This document shows positions 1-9,351 of a DNA stretch of 64,000 bases, one piece after another. Source of the stretch: an uncultured Actinomycetes bacterium (GTDB lineage Bacteria > Actinomycetota > Thermoleophilia > Gaiellales > Gaiellaceae). The position numbers and the translations under genes are program-made. Where the stretch lies: contig CAVZNV010000023.1 in assembly GCA_963776735.1 (NCBI GenBank), positions 15,080 to 79,079 of the forward strand, written 5' to 3'. Under the pieces are notes generated by a model that was not told where the DNA came from, searched no databases, and worked only from the letters and a program-made list of their open reading frames with translations. Each line of letters begins with the position of its first letter. Within the stretch, counting starts at the first letter, position 1.

Positions 1-884
1 TTGCTGGTCTCATCCTGATCGGCATCCTGGCAGCCGTCCTCGGGACGGGCTCGAGCTCCGGGAAGAGCGGGAAGCTGCAGGTGGTCGCAGCTGAGAACTT
101 CTGGGGGAGCCTGGCTTCGCAGCTCGGCCGAACTCAGGTGCGGGTGCAGAGCATCATCACGAACCCGAACACCGATCCCCACTCGTACGAGCCGACCGCA
201 GCCGACGGGCGTACGATCGCCGGCGCGCAGCTCGTGATCGTGGACGGGATCGGCTACGACACCTGGGCCTCGCATCTGATCGCGGCAAACGGCTCGCATC
301 CAACCGTGCTTGACGTTGGAGGACTCGTCCACGTGTCCGCAGGCGGGAACCCGCACCAGTGGTACTCACCCGAGAGCGTCGCTGCGGTGATCGACCAGAT
401 CACGGCCGACTACAAGCAGCTCGACCCCAAGCACACGACCTACTTCGACCAGCAGCGCACAACACTTTTGCACAGTGGTCTTTCGACCTACCACCGGCTG
501 ATCGCGACGATCAGGTCCCGCTACGCCGGGGTGTCGATCGGCATCTCCGAGAGCATCTTCGAGCCCATGGCGCAGGCGCTCAAGCTCCGGCTGATCACTC
601 CTTCCGGTTTCTACGACGCCGTCGCCGAAGGCACCGACCCCACCGCCCAAGACAAGGCGACCGTTGACAAGCAGGCGACGAGCGGCCAGATCAAGGTCTG
701 GGTCTACAACAGCCAGAACGCGACCCCCGACGTGCAACGCGTGACGAGCGAGGCGAAGGCCGCTCACATCCCGGTCGTCACGGTGACCGAGACGCTCTCG
801 CCGGCAACCGCCAGCTTCGAAGCCTGGCAAGTCGCCGAACTCCAGGCGCTCGAACGAGCGCTCAAGCAGGCGACGGGCCGGTGA
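1..884 (+). CDS. metal (Zn/Mn) ABC transporter substrate-binding protein, 5' end outside window
   Basis: Frame is open from nt 3 and encodes a signal-peptide-like AGLILIGILAAVLGTGSSSGKSG before the listed ORF. ZnuA/TroA-like motifs (NPNTDPHSYEPT, GNPHQWYSP). First gene of an ABC importer operon. Confidence 0.8.
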   Translation, partial: AGLILIGILAAVLGTGSSSGKSGKLQVVAAENFWGSLASQLGRTQVRVQSIITNPNTDPHSYEPTAADGRTIAGAQLVIVDGIGYDTWASHLIAANGSHPTVLDVGGLVHVSAGGNPHQWYSPESVAAVIDQITADYKQLDPKHTTYFDQQRTTLLHSGLSTYHRLIATIRSRYAGVSIGISESIFEPMAQALKLRLITPSGFYDAVAEGTDPTAQDKATVDKQATSGQIKVWVYNSQNATPDVQRVTSEAKAAHIPVVTVTETLSPATASFEAWQVAELQALERALKQATGR

Positions 885-1744
885 CACTCGACGCCGAGCC
901 CTCGAGCGCGTCTCACCCTGATCAGGCTGTGCCGGCAATCGAGGTCGAGGGAGCGTCCGTTCGCCGCGGCGGAGACCTGGTCTGGCATGACGTCTCGTTG
1001 ACGATCGACCAGGGTGAGTTCGTCGCACTCCTGGGGCCAAACGGTGCCGGCAAGTCGACGCTGTTGCACGTGTTGCTCGGCCAACTGCCCCTCACCGCCG
1101 GGCAGGCCAGAGTCTTCGGATCAGCGGCAGGGAGCGCGAACGCGCAGATCGGCTACCTGCCGCAGCGGCGAAGCTTCGACTCTTCGATCCGGATACGCGG
1201 GGCCGATCTCGTCCGCCTCGGACTCGATGGCAACCGCTGGGGCTTGCCGCTGCCGTTCATCAACCGAGACCGCGAGCACGCAGCCGAGGAGCGCGTCCGT
1301 GAGGCGATCCGCCTGGTCTCCGCGGAGAGCTACGCCGGCCGACCGATCGGCGAACTCTCCGGTGGCGAGCAGCAACGGCTGCTGATCGCACAGGCGCTCG
1401 TTTCCGACCCGAAGTTGCTGATCCTCGATGAGCCGCTCGACAGCCTCGACTTGCCGAATCAGTCCGCGGTCGCAGCTTTGCTCAACCGCATCTGCCGCGA
1501 GGAAGGCATCGGCGTGCTGCTGGTCGCACACGACATCAACCCGATCCTGCCCTACCTCGACCAGGCCATCTACCTCGCCGGTGGCCGAGCGATCTCCGGT
1601 AGCCCGGACGAGGTCGTGACCAGCGAGATGCTCACTCGTCTCTACGGAGTGCCGATCGAGACGCTCAGGACCTCCGACGGCCGGGTGGTGGTCGTCGGTG
1701 AGCCGGACGCGCCGCATGTGCACGGGCACCGCCATGGGCACTAG
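881..1744 (+). CDS. metal ABC transporter ATP-binding protein
   Basis: Walker A GPNGAGKST, signature LSGGEQQR, Walker B LLILDEP. GTGA overlap with the upstream gene. Confidence 0.9.
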   Translation: MTLDAEPSSASHPDQAVPAIEVEGASVRRGGDLVWHDVSLTIDQGEFVALLGPNGAGKSTLLHVLLGQLPLTAGQARVFGSAAGSANAQIGYLPQRRSFDSSIRIRGADLVRLGLDGNRWGLPLPFINRDREHAAEERVREAIRLVSAESYAGRPIGELSGGEQQRLLIAQALVSDPKLLILDEPLDSLDLPNQSAVAALLNRICREEGIGVLLVAHDINPILPYLDQAIYLAGGRAISGSPDEVVTSEMLTRLYGVPIETLRTSDGRVVVVGEPDAPHVHGHRHGH

Positions 1745-2627
1745 CCTCCTCGCCGCGTTCGGCTGGAACCTGCTGGACGACCTGCGCCAACTGTTCGCCT
1801 ACCACTTCATGACCAACGCGTTCGCGGCCGGGACGATCGTCGCCGTCATGTCAGCTGCGATCGGCTGGTTCATGACGCTCCGCAGACAGACGTTCGTCGG
1901 CCACACGCTCGCGGTGATCGCCTTCCCGGGCGCGGCAGCCGCGACGCTTGCGGGGCTGCCCGCGATCGCCGGCTATTTCACCTTCTCGACTCTCGGTGCG
2001 CTTGCACTCGGCCGAACGGGAAGCGCACGCGTCGGCAGCCGCAGCCAAGAGAGCGCCCTGATCGGCACCGTCCAAGCCTTCGCACTCGGACTCGGCTTCC
2101 TCTTCGTCAGCCTCGACCACGGCCTGCTCGACAACGTCACCGCACTCCTCTTCGGAACCTTCCTCGGTATCACCGACAACCAGGTCCTCGCCCTGCTCGC
2201 CGTCGCGGTTGCGGCACTCGGTGTGCTCGCGCTAATTGGCCGGCCGCTCCTGTTCGCATCGCTCGACCCGGACGTCGCCGCCACCAAGGGAGTACCGGTC
2301 GGCAAGCTCTCGGTCGCCTTTCTCTTGCTCCTGGGCCTCGCGGTTGCCGAGACGAGTCAGATCACCGGAGCGCTGCTCGTCTTCGCCCTCCTCGTCACCC
2401 CCGCCGCCACCGCACAGACCTTGACCACGAGCCCGATCGAGAGTCTGACGCTCTCGATCGCGATCGCGCTCTGCGTCATCTGGCTCGGCCTCGCGATCGC
2501 CTACTTCTCCCCGTACCCGGTCGGGTTCTGGGTCACCACCCTCTCCTTCGGACTGTTCGTGCTCGCCCGACTGAGCCGGACGCTCGAGCTGTCCGGCCGG
2601 CTGCGTCCGCACACCGAGGCCGCCTGA
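1734..2627 (+). CDS. metal ABC transporter permease (ABC-3 family)
   Basis: Polytopic membrane protein of ZnuB/TroC type. ATG at 1734 chosen (MGTSLLAAFGW...); earlier in-frame starts at 1698 and 1716 are possible. Confidence 0.8.
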   Translation: MGTSLLAAFGWNLLDDLRQLFAYHFMTNAFAAGTIVAVMSAAIGWFMTLRRQTFVGHTLAVIAFPGAAAATLAGLPAIAGYFTFSTLGALALGRTGSARVGSRSQESALIGTVQAFALGLGFLFVSLDHGLLDNVTALLFGTFLGITDNQVLALLAVAVAALGVLALIGRPLLFASLDPDVAATKGVPVGKLSVAFLLLLGLAVAETSQITGALLVFALLVTPAATAQTLTTSPIESLTLSIAIALCVIWLGLAIAYFSPYPVGFWVTTLSFGLFVLARLSRTLELSGRLRPHTEAA

Positions 2628-3472
2628 TGTTCGCATCCGCCTTCATGCAGAACGCCCTACTTGCGGGCAGCTTCGTCGCGGTCGCGAGCGGGCTCACCGG
2701 CTACTTCCTCGTCCTCCGCGCCCAGGTCTTCGCCGGCGACGCGCTCAGCCACGTCGCCTTCACCGGCGCCCTCGCTGCCGCGGCCTTCACGATCGACATC
2801 CGCGTGGGGCTCTTCGCAGCCACGATCCTGGCCGGTGTAGCCATGGGCGCCCTCGGCGAGCACGCCCGGGCCGACGATGTCGTCATCGGCTCCTTCTTCG
2901 CCTGGATTCTCGGACTCGGCGTCCTCTTCCTGACCATCTTCACCACCAACGCCAGCGCCAGCGACGCGACCGCCGGCGTCCGCGTGCTGTTCGGGTCGAT
3001 CTTCGGTCTCAGTACCAGCGACGCGCAGCTCGCCGCGGTGATCGCAGGAGTGATCATCCTGATCACCCTCCTGATCGCCAGACCACTCCTCTTTGCCTCG
3101 CTCGACCTCGACGTGGCTCGAGCCAAAGGCGTCCCGATCCGGCTCCTCGGCATCGGCTTCCTCGCCCTCTTCGGCGCCGAAGCAGCCGAAGCCACCCAGG
3201 CCGTCGGCGCCCTGCTCCTCCTCGCGCTCGTCGCCGCGCCCGCCGGCGCCGCCCAGCTTCTCACCGCCCGCCCCTACCGCGGCCTCGCCCTCTCCGCGGG
3301 GATCGCACTCGGCTCCATGTGGGCGGGGCTCGCCCTGGCTTACGAAATCCCTTCCGTGCCGCCCAGCTTCTCGATCACCGCCGTCGCCACATCCGCCTTC
3401 GCGATCGCACTGCTCACGAGACACCACGATCGGCTTCGACGACCCCGTACCGTCTCGGCCGTGAGCACCTAG
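2627..3472 (+). CDS. metal ABC transporter permease (ABC-3 family), second subunit
   Basis: Paralogous polytopic permease. TGATG overlap with the previous permease. Confidence 0.85.
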   Translation: MFASAFMQNALLAGSFVAVASGLTGYFLVLRAQVFAGDALSHVAFTGALAAAAFTIDIRVGLFAATILAGVAMGALGEHARADDVVIGSFFAWILGLGVLFLTIFTTNASASDATAGVRVLFGSIFGLSTSDAQLAAVIAGVIILITLLIARPLLFASLDLDVARAKGVPIRLLGIGFLALFGAEAAEATQAVGALLLLALVAAPAGAAQLLTARPYRGLALSAGIALGSMWAGLALAYEIPSVPPSFSITAVATSAFAIALLTRHHDRLRRPRTVSAVST

Positions 3473-3481
3473 ACTGCCCGC

Positions 3482-4258
3482 GTGTCCGGGTGGCGACTCC
3501 TCGCCCTGGCCACGGTTTCCACCGCCCTTTTCGCTGCGACTCTCGTCGCGCCCGTGGCACGCGCCGACGGCGATCCCGCCAGCGACGTCCTCCTCAGCCA
3601 AGACGTCTTCCTCCCACAAGGCCAAACCACGCCGGCAGAACTCGCCGACCGACTCAACACCCTCACACGCGAAGCCGGCCAAGCAGGCAGCCCGATCAAG
3701 GTCGCGCTCATCGCCGCACCAACCGACCTCGGCTCGGTGAGCACCCTGTACGGCCAGCCGGACAAGTACGCACGCTTCCTCAGCCTCGAAATCGAGTTCG
3801 TCACCAAAGCCCCCGTTCTCGTCGTCATGCCCCAAGGCATCGGCTTCGCACGTGCCGGCGAGTCCATCCCCGGCAACCACCTCGCAGGCGTGACTGTCGG
3901 CAGCGGACCGCAAGCCCTCGCTCAGACCGCGATCGCCGCGATCAGCCGACTCGAGCCAAACCTCAAACCAGCCCCGACGCCAAAGCCCCACGGGAACGTC
4001 CAACCGCCGCCCCCGCCCGTGAGCAACCCGCCGGCTCCGACCCAGGCAGCGCCGGTCCCCGGAAACGGAAGCGCGTTGCACGGCCAGACGCAGCCCTCCG
4101 ACTCATTCGCACAAGTCATCGCAGATCGCTTCGAAACAGGCGCCAGCAAACCGATCGTCTGGGCGTCGCTCGGAATCACACTCGCCCTCGTCGGATTCGG
4201 GGCGTTCGGCGTCTACCTCGCCACCACGTGGAGGACGAGGCGAAGGCCGAGACGATAA
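3482..4258 (+). CDS. secreted hypothetical protein with Pro-rich linker and C-terminal membrane anchor
   Basis: Signal peptide ending VARADG, Pro-rich segment, C-terminal TM helix followed by RTRRRPRR. GC3-rich codons. Confidence 0.6.
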   Translation: MSGWRLLALATVSTALFAATLVAPVARADGDPASDVLLSQDVFLPQGQTTPAELADRLNTLTREAGQAGSPIKVALIAAPTDLGSVSTLYGQPDKYARFLSLEIEFVTKAPVLVVMPQGIGFARAGESIPGNHLAGVTVGSGPQALAQTAIAAISRLEPNLKPAPTPKPHGNVQPPPPPVSNPPAPTQAAPVPGNGSALHGQTQPSDSFAQVIADRFETGASKPIVWASLGITLALVGFGAFGVYLATTWRTRRRPRR

Positions 4259-4494
4259 GCGGTCAGCACATCGGAGTCACACGCACGGGAGCTGGGCCGA
4301 GCGGAACGCCGTAGTGCTTCGTAGTGGCGCTTCGCATAGGCAGCAGTCTCGGCCTTCCGCTTGGCTCCGAACGGAATCGGCTTCCAGACGATCGCCGGCC
4401 GCGGCACAACTCGCGGCGACGCGGCGCCCGACTCGCCTGTCACCAGCAGATCGGGGGGGTTGTCGCCCGCTGTCGCCTCTCGCACACTGAGAAC

Positions 4495-5445
4495 GTGGCC
4501 AGGTCGGCTTCGACACTCCTCGGCGTGATCGCTTTCCTTGCGCTTCTCGCCGGCTGCGGCCAGTCCGACCACGCAGCCCGGCGAAATGCCGCGATCAGCT
4601 TGCGGCCGGCCCCGTCGCGGCCCGCAGCCGCTGAGCGAGGGTTGCTGGCGGTGGGTTCCGACGAAGCCGTCTTCGTTGCGTGGACGCGGATCGGCAGGTT
4701 CCTCGTAGGCACCGTCTACACGAGCAGCCCGCCAAATGGCGAAAGGTTCACGGGCGAGATCGACGGGGCGCTCGTCACGCTCGAGCCGCGCCTCGGCAAC
4801 AGTTGGCACGGCACGCTCGTGGGAGGCAGCCTCACCATGAGCACCGTCGAGGGCAACGGCGCTGTGCGGACGTTCGCCTTCCGACGCGCCCAGGGTGCCG
4901 AGTACGACGTCGCGGAGAGATCTGTCCGGGCAGGCTCACATTTGCGACCAGATGCGGCGCGGGTCAGCGCCGACCTCGAGGAACTCCGAAACGATCTCGA
5001 GGCGGCGCGGCTCACCGGCCTGTCGACACCGAACCTGCTCGCCGCGGAGCAACGCGACGCCCGGGCCAGAGTCGTCGGCAGAACGTGCGCGTTCGTGGCG
5101 CTTCTGGATGGCGACACGAGGGCGATCCGCGCCGCGGGCCATGCCTTCGGGCAGACGGCCGTGACGGCGCAAACCGAAGCACGCCACTTACGGATCGCTC
5201 TTGCCCGCCACGGCGCCGCACCGCGGCTCACAAGCGCGGCCCGAAGCACGCTCGCGGAGGTTCAAGCCACACTCACGAACCTACGCGGCCTCGTCGCCGC
5301 AGAGATCACTGCCGCGGAGCGCCTGGACACGCGGGTCGGGAGGCCACGATCTGCCTGTGATGCCTCCCAAGCGCAGCGATCGTCGCAGGTCGCGCAGACA
5401 CCGGACGGGTCGCCCGGGCTCGACCCGTTCGGGTCCGAAGGATGA
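4495..5445 (+). CDS. putative lipoprotein, unknown function
   Basis: In-frame GTG at 4495 gives VARSASTLLGVIAFLALLAGCGQ with a lipobox LLAGC. The upstream part of the listed 373-aa ORF is Arg-rich and not protein-like. Confidence 0.55.
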   Translation: MARSASTLLGVIAFLALLAGCGQSDHAARRNAAISLRPAPSRPAAAERGLLAVGSDEAVFVAWTRIGRFLVGTVYTSSPPNGERFTGEIDGALVTLEPRLGNSWHGTLVGGSLTMSTVEGNGAVRTFAFRRAQGAEYDVAERSVRAGSHLRPDAARVSADLEELRNDLEAARLTGLSTPNLLAAEQRDARARVVGRTCAFVALLDGDTRAIRAAGHAFGQTAVTAQTEARHLRIALARHGAAPRLTSAARSTLAEVQATLTNLRGLVAAEITAAERLDTRVGRPRSACDASQAQRSSQVAQTPDGSPGLDPFGSEG

Positions 5446-5570
5446 TCAACGCCGGCCGCTCGTATGGCAGCGCGGATGCGCCCGATCGGATGACGACCCC
5501 GGCGCGCTGGCCGTCACGGGCCTCCGACCGGCGCGGTGATCGAATCCATAATGCCTGCTTAGCAGGCGTT

Positions 5571-5631
5571 TCCAGTGCCGGGGGAGGGAGTCGAACCCTC
5601 ATGCCCCACGGGGGGACACCTGATTTTAAGT
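5571..5631 (-). repeat. truncated copy of the tRNA-Leu(UAA) 3' half (att-like direct repeat)
   Basis: 61 nt, 59/61 identical to 9231-9291. It covers acceptor 3' strand, T-arm, variable arm and part of the anticodon loop. No D-arm or 5' acceptor strand follows. Confidence 0.85.
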
Positions 5632-5942
5632 TGCTCCGAACGATCTCCGGCTGTCTCCGTCAATCAGCGAAAACGCGCTGGAGCTTGTCTTTCCTCCACT
5701 CAGAGCGGTGGTCGGTCTACCGTTGTCTCAGAGCTTCGTCTTGCCACTCGCTTGCCACCCGATCTCTCGCACGTCTCGGACCGTCAGAAGGTGCCATTTG
5801 TCGTGAGGCGCTCGCTCGTACCAGAACATGCCGTCGAAATCGAGCGTCAGCCTGTACATCCTCGGATCGACGTTGCGGGCCAGAAGGGAGAAGTGGAGGG
5901 CCGGTGGACCCGGCCCTCCAGTCAATCCGCTGCGTCGTGACC

Positions 5943-7457
5943 CTAGAAGGTGGGGTCGTTGACGATGTTGTTCGGGTGGTTCAGGAGCACGAGGCCGCCC
6001 GCGACAGTGAGGGTCGCGCCGTCGGCGTTGAACACGCCTCCGCCGGTGATGAAGGCCTGGTTGCCGACGACGACCGCACCTGTACCGAGCGTGACGTCGG
6101 CCGGGCCTTGCATGGCCCAGTTGAAGATGCCGCCGCCGAACTCGGCCTGGTTCGGGTTGAGCGAGTAGGGCGGCTGCAGCCTCGTTGACCCGATCGTGGT
6201 CGACACGATCGAAGTGCTTGCGTCGGCTCCCTGGCTGACGTTGGCGATCGCTCCTCCGAGCCCTTGCCGTGCGAGGTTGCCGACGAGCGTCGATCCGGAC
6301 ATCGTCAGAACGGCGTTTCCGCCGCCGCTGCCCGGATCGCCGCTGATGTTGGCGATCCCGCCGCCGCCGGACTGCGCCCCTTTGACGATGTTCAGCGACA
6401 CGTCCGTGCTTGTCAGTTGCAGGGAGGCGTCGCCGCCGAAGGCACCGCTGAAGATGCCGCCGCCAAGGCCGGACTGGTTGCGCGTCACCTGGCTGTTCGT
6501 GATCGTCAGCTGGCCCGTGCCGGGAACGCCGAAGTTGGCGTTGAAGATGCCGCCACCATTCCCTTGATCTCCAGAGTTGTCGTCAGGGGCGAGGTTCCCG
6601 TTGATGGCGCTGCCGCTGATAGTGGCGACGCCGTGGTTGAGGATGCCGCCACCGACCCCGCCAACGGCCTGATTCCCCGACACCGTGCTGTTCGTCAATG
6701 TCAGCGTGCCACCGTTCGCGATCCCGCCAGCACCACCGGGCGGCCCGCCTGTCGCCGAGTTGCCCGAGACCACGCTGCCCGTGATCGTCATCGTGCCGCC
6801 TGCACCGGCGCTGCCACCGTTGCCGTTCGCGATCCCGCCCCCGCCCTGGGCAGAGTTGCCGCTCACGACGCTGTTGTTCAGCACCGCCGTGCCGTTGTGG
6901 TTCAGGATGCCGCCACCACCACCGTTTCCGGGGGCGGCAAGAACGACGTTATCCGTCACTCGCGTCGAGTTCAGGGTCAGCATCCCACCGGGAGGGCCTG
7001 GATTGGCTCCGCTGACAATCCCGCCACCGGCGTCCGCGGCGGTGTTTCCCGTCACCAGACAGTTGTTCAACGTCAGCGTGCTCTTGATGCTCCCAATGCC
7101 ACCGCCCACGTCGGGCGAGTTGCCTCCCGTCACCGTCAGATTGTTCAACGTCACCGTGTGGCCCGGGAAGACTTTGAGCGTGCTACCCGCCCCCTGGCCG
7201 TCCAAGGTCGCGCTCGGTGAGCCCGTGACCGTCACGTTCGCCGTCACCGTGAACGTGCCGTCACACGTACCACTCACAAACACGGTCCCCGGCACGCCCA
7301 ACGCCGCCTGAAAGGCCGCCGACCCACCGACCGCGTTGCAGTTGACCGTGGTCGATGCCGAAGCAACCCCCGCCCCAAACACCAACACCGCCAACACACC
7401 TGCCAACAACACGACTGGCGCAAAGTGGACCCGCCGACCGCAGTTCCCTACTCGCAT
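5943..7457 (-). CDS. secreted parallel beta-helix protein with Pmp-like GGGI-x-N repeats
   Basis: Start at MRVGNCGRRVHF...VASAST (signal peptide). About 15 repeats of GGGI(x)N / TL.NS.VSGN, as in polymorphic-membrane-protein / right-handed beta-helix repeats. Confidence 0.75.
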   Translation of the reverse strand: MRVGNCGRRVHFAPVVLLAGVLAVLVFGAGVASASTTVNCNAVGGSAAFQAALGVPGTVFVSGTCDGTFTVTANVTVTGSPSATLDGQGAGSTLKVFPGHTVTLNNLTVTGGNSPDVGGGIGSIKSTLTLNNCLVTGNTAADAGGGIVSGANPGPPGGMLTLNSTRVTDNVVLAAPGNGGGGGILNHNGTAVLNNSVVSGNSAQGGGGIANGNGGSAGAGGTMTITGSVVSGNSATGGPPGGAGGIANGGTLTLTNSTVSGNQAVGGVGGGILNHGVATISGSAINGNLAPDDNSGDQGNGGGIFNANFGVPGTGQLTITNSQVTRNQSGLGGGIFSGAFGGDASLQLTSTDVSLNIVKGAQSGGGGIANISGDPGSGGGNAVLTMSGSTLVGNLARQGLGGAIANVSQGADASTSIVSTTIGSTRLQPPYSLNPNQAEFGGGIFNWAMQGPADVTLGTGAVVVGNQAFITGGGVFNADGATLTVAGGLVLLNHPNNIVNDPTF

Positions 7458-7688
7458 CACAACCCCTTCTCTCAAAGTTTTTGCCAAACCCAACACCCAT
7501 CCAGCCTGTTCGTTCGTGCCAGTATCCACGAATCCCTCCGACAGCGGCAGAACCGGAAAACACGAGCCCGCGAGGGGCACGTTCGGGGAGCCGTACGAGC
7601 AGAGGTTACGCTGGCTAAAGGTTTCGGAGCGCGTCGCCAGCCGGGCTCGACCGCGTCAGCGGCCCTCTAGCGGCGACGAAACGCACGG

Positions 7689-8015
7689 CTAAGACGACAG
7701 ACAGGCCAGCAGTACGCGTGAGTAGTCGGGATGGACGTACTCGCCCCACTCGATAACGACGTTGCGGTGCTGTTCGACGAACTGGTTGAGTCGCCACGAA
7801 GGAGACGGGTAGAGCTTCCTCACGATGCGTAGAGCGGCTCGGAAGTACGCGTCTTCGGCAGTGCTGTCGGTGAAGAACGAGACGTAGCTCTGGTTCGGCC
7901 CCTCGCCCGACGGCGAGGAGCGGCCTCGAAATGGAGCGAAGGTGAGAAAAAGCTGCGGCACACCGGGAGGGTCTGCCTGAACCCAGATGCCGTCGCTGCC
8001 CGGACGTCTACGCAC
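7689..8015 (-). CDS. hypothetical protein
   Basis: The C-terminal ~108 codons of the 226-aa ORF look protein-like (FFTDSTAEDAYFRAALRIVRKLYPSPSW...). GTG at 8015 is the first start that does not overlap the upstream gene. No family recognised. Confidence 0.3.
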   Translation of the reverse strand: MRRRPGSDGIWVQADPPGVPQLFLTFAPFRGRSSPSGEGPNQSYVSFFTDSTAEDAYFRAALRIVRKLYPSPSWRLNQFVEQHRNVVIEWGEYVHPDYSRVLLACLSS

Positions 8016-8038
8016 GACGCTCAACTCCGGTATCGGCC

Positions 8039-8494
8039 CTACCGCGCTTGGTCTATCGAACTCAGGACGGTGACGCAGACACGCTGCCGTCTGCGCCGCC
8101 GAGTAGTTGTGCGGCTCCCCGCCTCCGCAAGCACCGCCGCGAATAAGAACACCGCACCGACGAGCCAGAGCCAAGACACCAGCGGCGTCAGCGGCGACGC
8201 CGCCGACCGTTCTTCTTCGGGTCGCCTCCACTCGACTTGCGGGCCACGAGCTTCCGCGAGATCGCGCTCGTACACGAGTACCTCCTGCCATCCAAACGGC
8301 CACGCTACGACCGCCGAGTCCGTGTCCCGGTACGAGCTGGCGATCCCTTTCGCCCGCAAGATTCCGCACACCACCTCGGCCTCCGCCGACGAGGCAACCG
8401 CCGTCAGGTGCACCTCGTTCGTCACTTCAGCACCATCGGCACCGCGACGCACCGCCGCGACCTCCTGGCGAGTGCCTGTCCCCCGCTCGGCCAA
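8039..8494 (-). CDS. hypothetical membrane-anchored protein, DUF2007-like N-terminal domain
   Basis: AEAEVVCGILRAKGIAS...VLVYERDLAEA resembles the small 'putative signal transducing' DUF2007 fold. One TM helix follows (LVSWLWLVGAVFLFAAVLA). Start uncertain. Confidence 0.45.
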   Translation of the reverse strand: MAERGTGTRQEVAAVRRGADGAEVTNEVHLTAVASSAEAEVVCGILRAKGIASSYRDTDSAVVAWPFGWQEVLVYERDLAEARGPQVEWRRPEEERSAASPLTPLVSWLWLVGAVFLFAAVLAEAGSRTTTRRRRRQRVCVTVLSSIDQAR

Positions 8495-8557
8495 GCAGCA
8501 TCGACGGCCGCTCCGCTACGTCAACCGCCCCGCCCGAGGGATTCGTTCCGCCCGTTG

Positions 8558-9121
8558 TTAGCGCACCCGGGCCTGGACAGCGTGCAAGTGCCGCCGGGCG
8601 GACTTCAGCAGGGCGAGCGCCGCCGGGACGTTGCCGGAGTCGATGGTGTCGGCCGAATCGGTGACGACCCCGACGAGCACGCTCCCGTCGGCGACCGCCA
8701 AGACCGTGATCCCATTCGTCACCGTCTTGCCGAAGGCGTTCTTGCCGGTGATCGACCCGGTGAACCAGATGCTCGGCAGCTTGTAGCCCGGCACCTTGCC
8801 CTGAACGTGGACGCTTCCAGGCGGTTTCGCGCCCGACAGGTCGGCCCGCGCGTCGCTCGGGTTCGGGAACACGGCGTAGAAGATCGCGTCGTCCGGGTCG
8901 GGGCCATCCACGGCGACGCCCACCTCGCCGACGACGTGGTGTCCCTTCGCCTTCGAGGACGGCTGCTCCAGGCTCACCTTCGCCGAGGAGAACCCCGACG
9001 GGAGTTGCGAGTCCGGGTAGGCGGTCGTGAGCAGGGCCGTGTACAGCGACTTTGGCGAGGCCGAAGCCGTCGCAGCGAATACCCCGGCGACCAGCGCGGC
9101 GATAACCAGAAGCCGTCTCAC
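8558..9121 (-). CDS. secreted hypothetical protein
   Basis: GTG at 9121 gives VRRLLVIAALVAGVFAATASASP (signal peptide). The listed 309-aa ORF runs through the tRNA gene, so it cannot be real upstream of this start. Confidence 0.6.
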   Translation of the reverse strand: MRRLLVIAALVAGVFAATASASPKSLYTALLTTAYPDSQLPSGFSSAKVSLEQPSSKAKGHHVVGEVGVAVDGPDPDDAIFYAVFPNPSDARADLSGAKPPGSVHVQGKVPGYKLPSIWFTGSITGKNAFGKTVTNGITVLAVADGSVLVGVVTDSADTIDSGNVPAALALLKSARRHLHAVQARVR

Positions 9122-9235
9122 AACGCAGACCCTAACCCGGGCCGGACCCGTACAACTTGCCACTTTGCTTGCTACCCAGCCCTCTGGCGCTTCGGCGGCG
9201 CTTAGCGGCCATACCCGCGAATGGCTTGAATCCAG

Positions 9236-9323
9236 TGCCGGGGGAGGGATTCGAACCCTCATGCCCCACGAGGGGACACCTGATTTTAAGTCAGGCGCGT
9301 TTGACCAATTTCGCCACCCCGGC
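9236..9323 (-). tRNA. tRNA-Leu, anticodon UAA
   Basis: Minus strand folds by hand: acceptor GCCGGGG/CCCCGGC, D-arm, anticodon stem CCTGA/TCAGG with loop CTTAAAA, long variable arm (class II), T-arm GAGGG-TTCGAAT-CCCTC, discriminator A. CCA is not encoded. Confidence 0.9.
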
Positions 9324-9351
9324 GCGAAGGGAAGCGTAGAGGGCGAGCGGG

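Noticed and set aside
2657-4081. 474-aa minus-strand ORF overlapping the ABC permease and the secreted-protein gene
   Set aside because: Arg/Gly/Glu-rich low-complexity translation antisense to well-supported genes. This is the typical open antisense frame of a ~70% GC genome. The same reasoning applies to many other listed ORFs, for example 366..1040, 3319..4314, 10457..11422 and 34404..35909.
5728-5925. 65-codon minus-strand ORF next to the truncated tRNA-Leu copy as an integrase or excisionase remnant
   Set aside because: The translation (…NVDPRMYRLTLDFDGMFWYERAPHDKWHLLTVRDVREI…) looks protein-like. It has none of the tyrosine-recombinase (R..H.R.Y) or Xis motifs I can recognise, so it is left unannotated.
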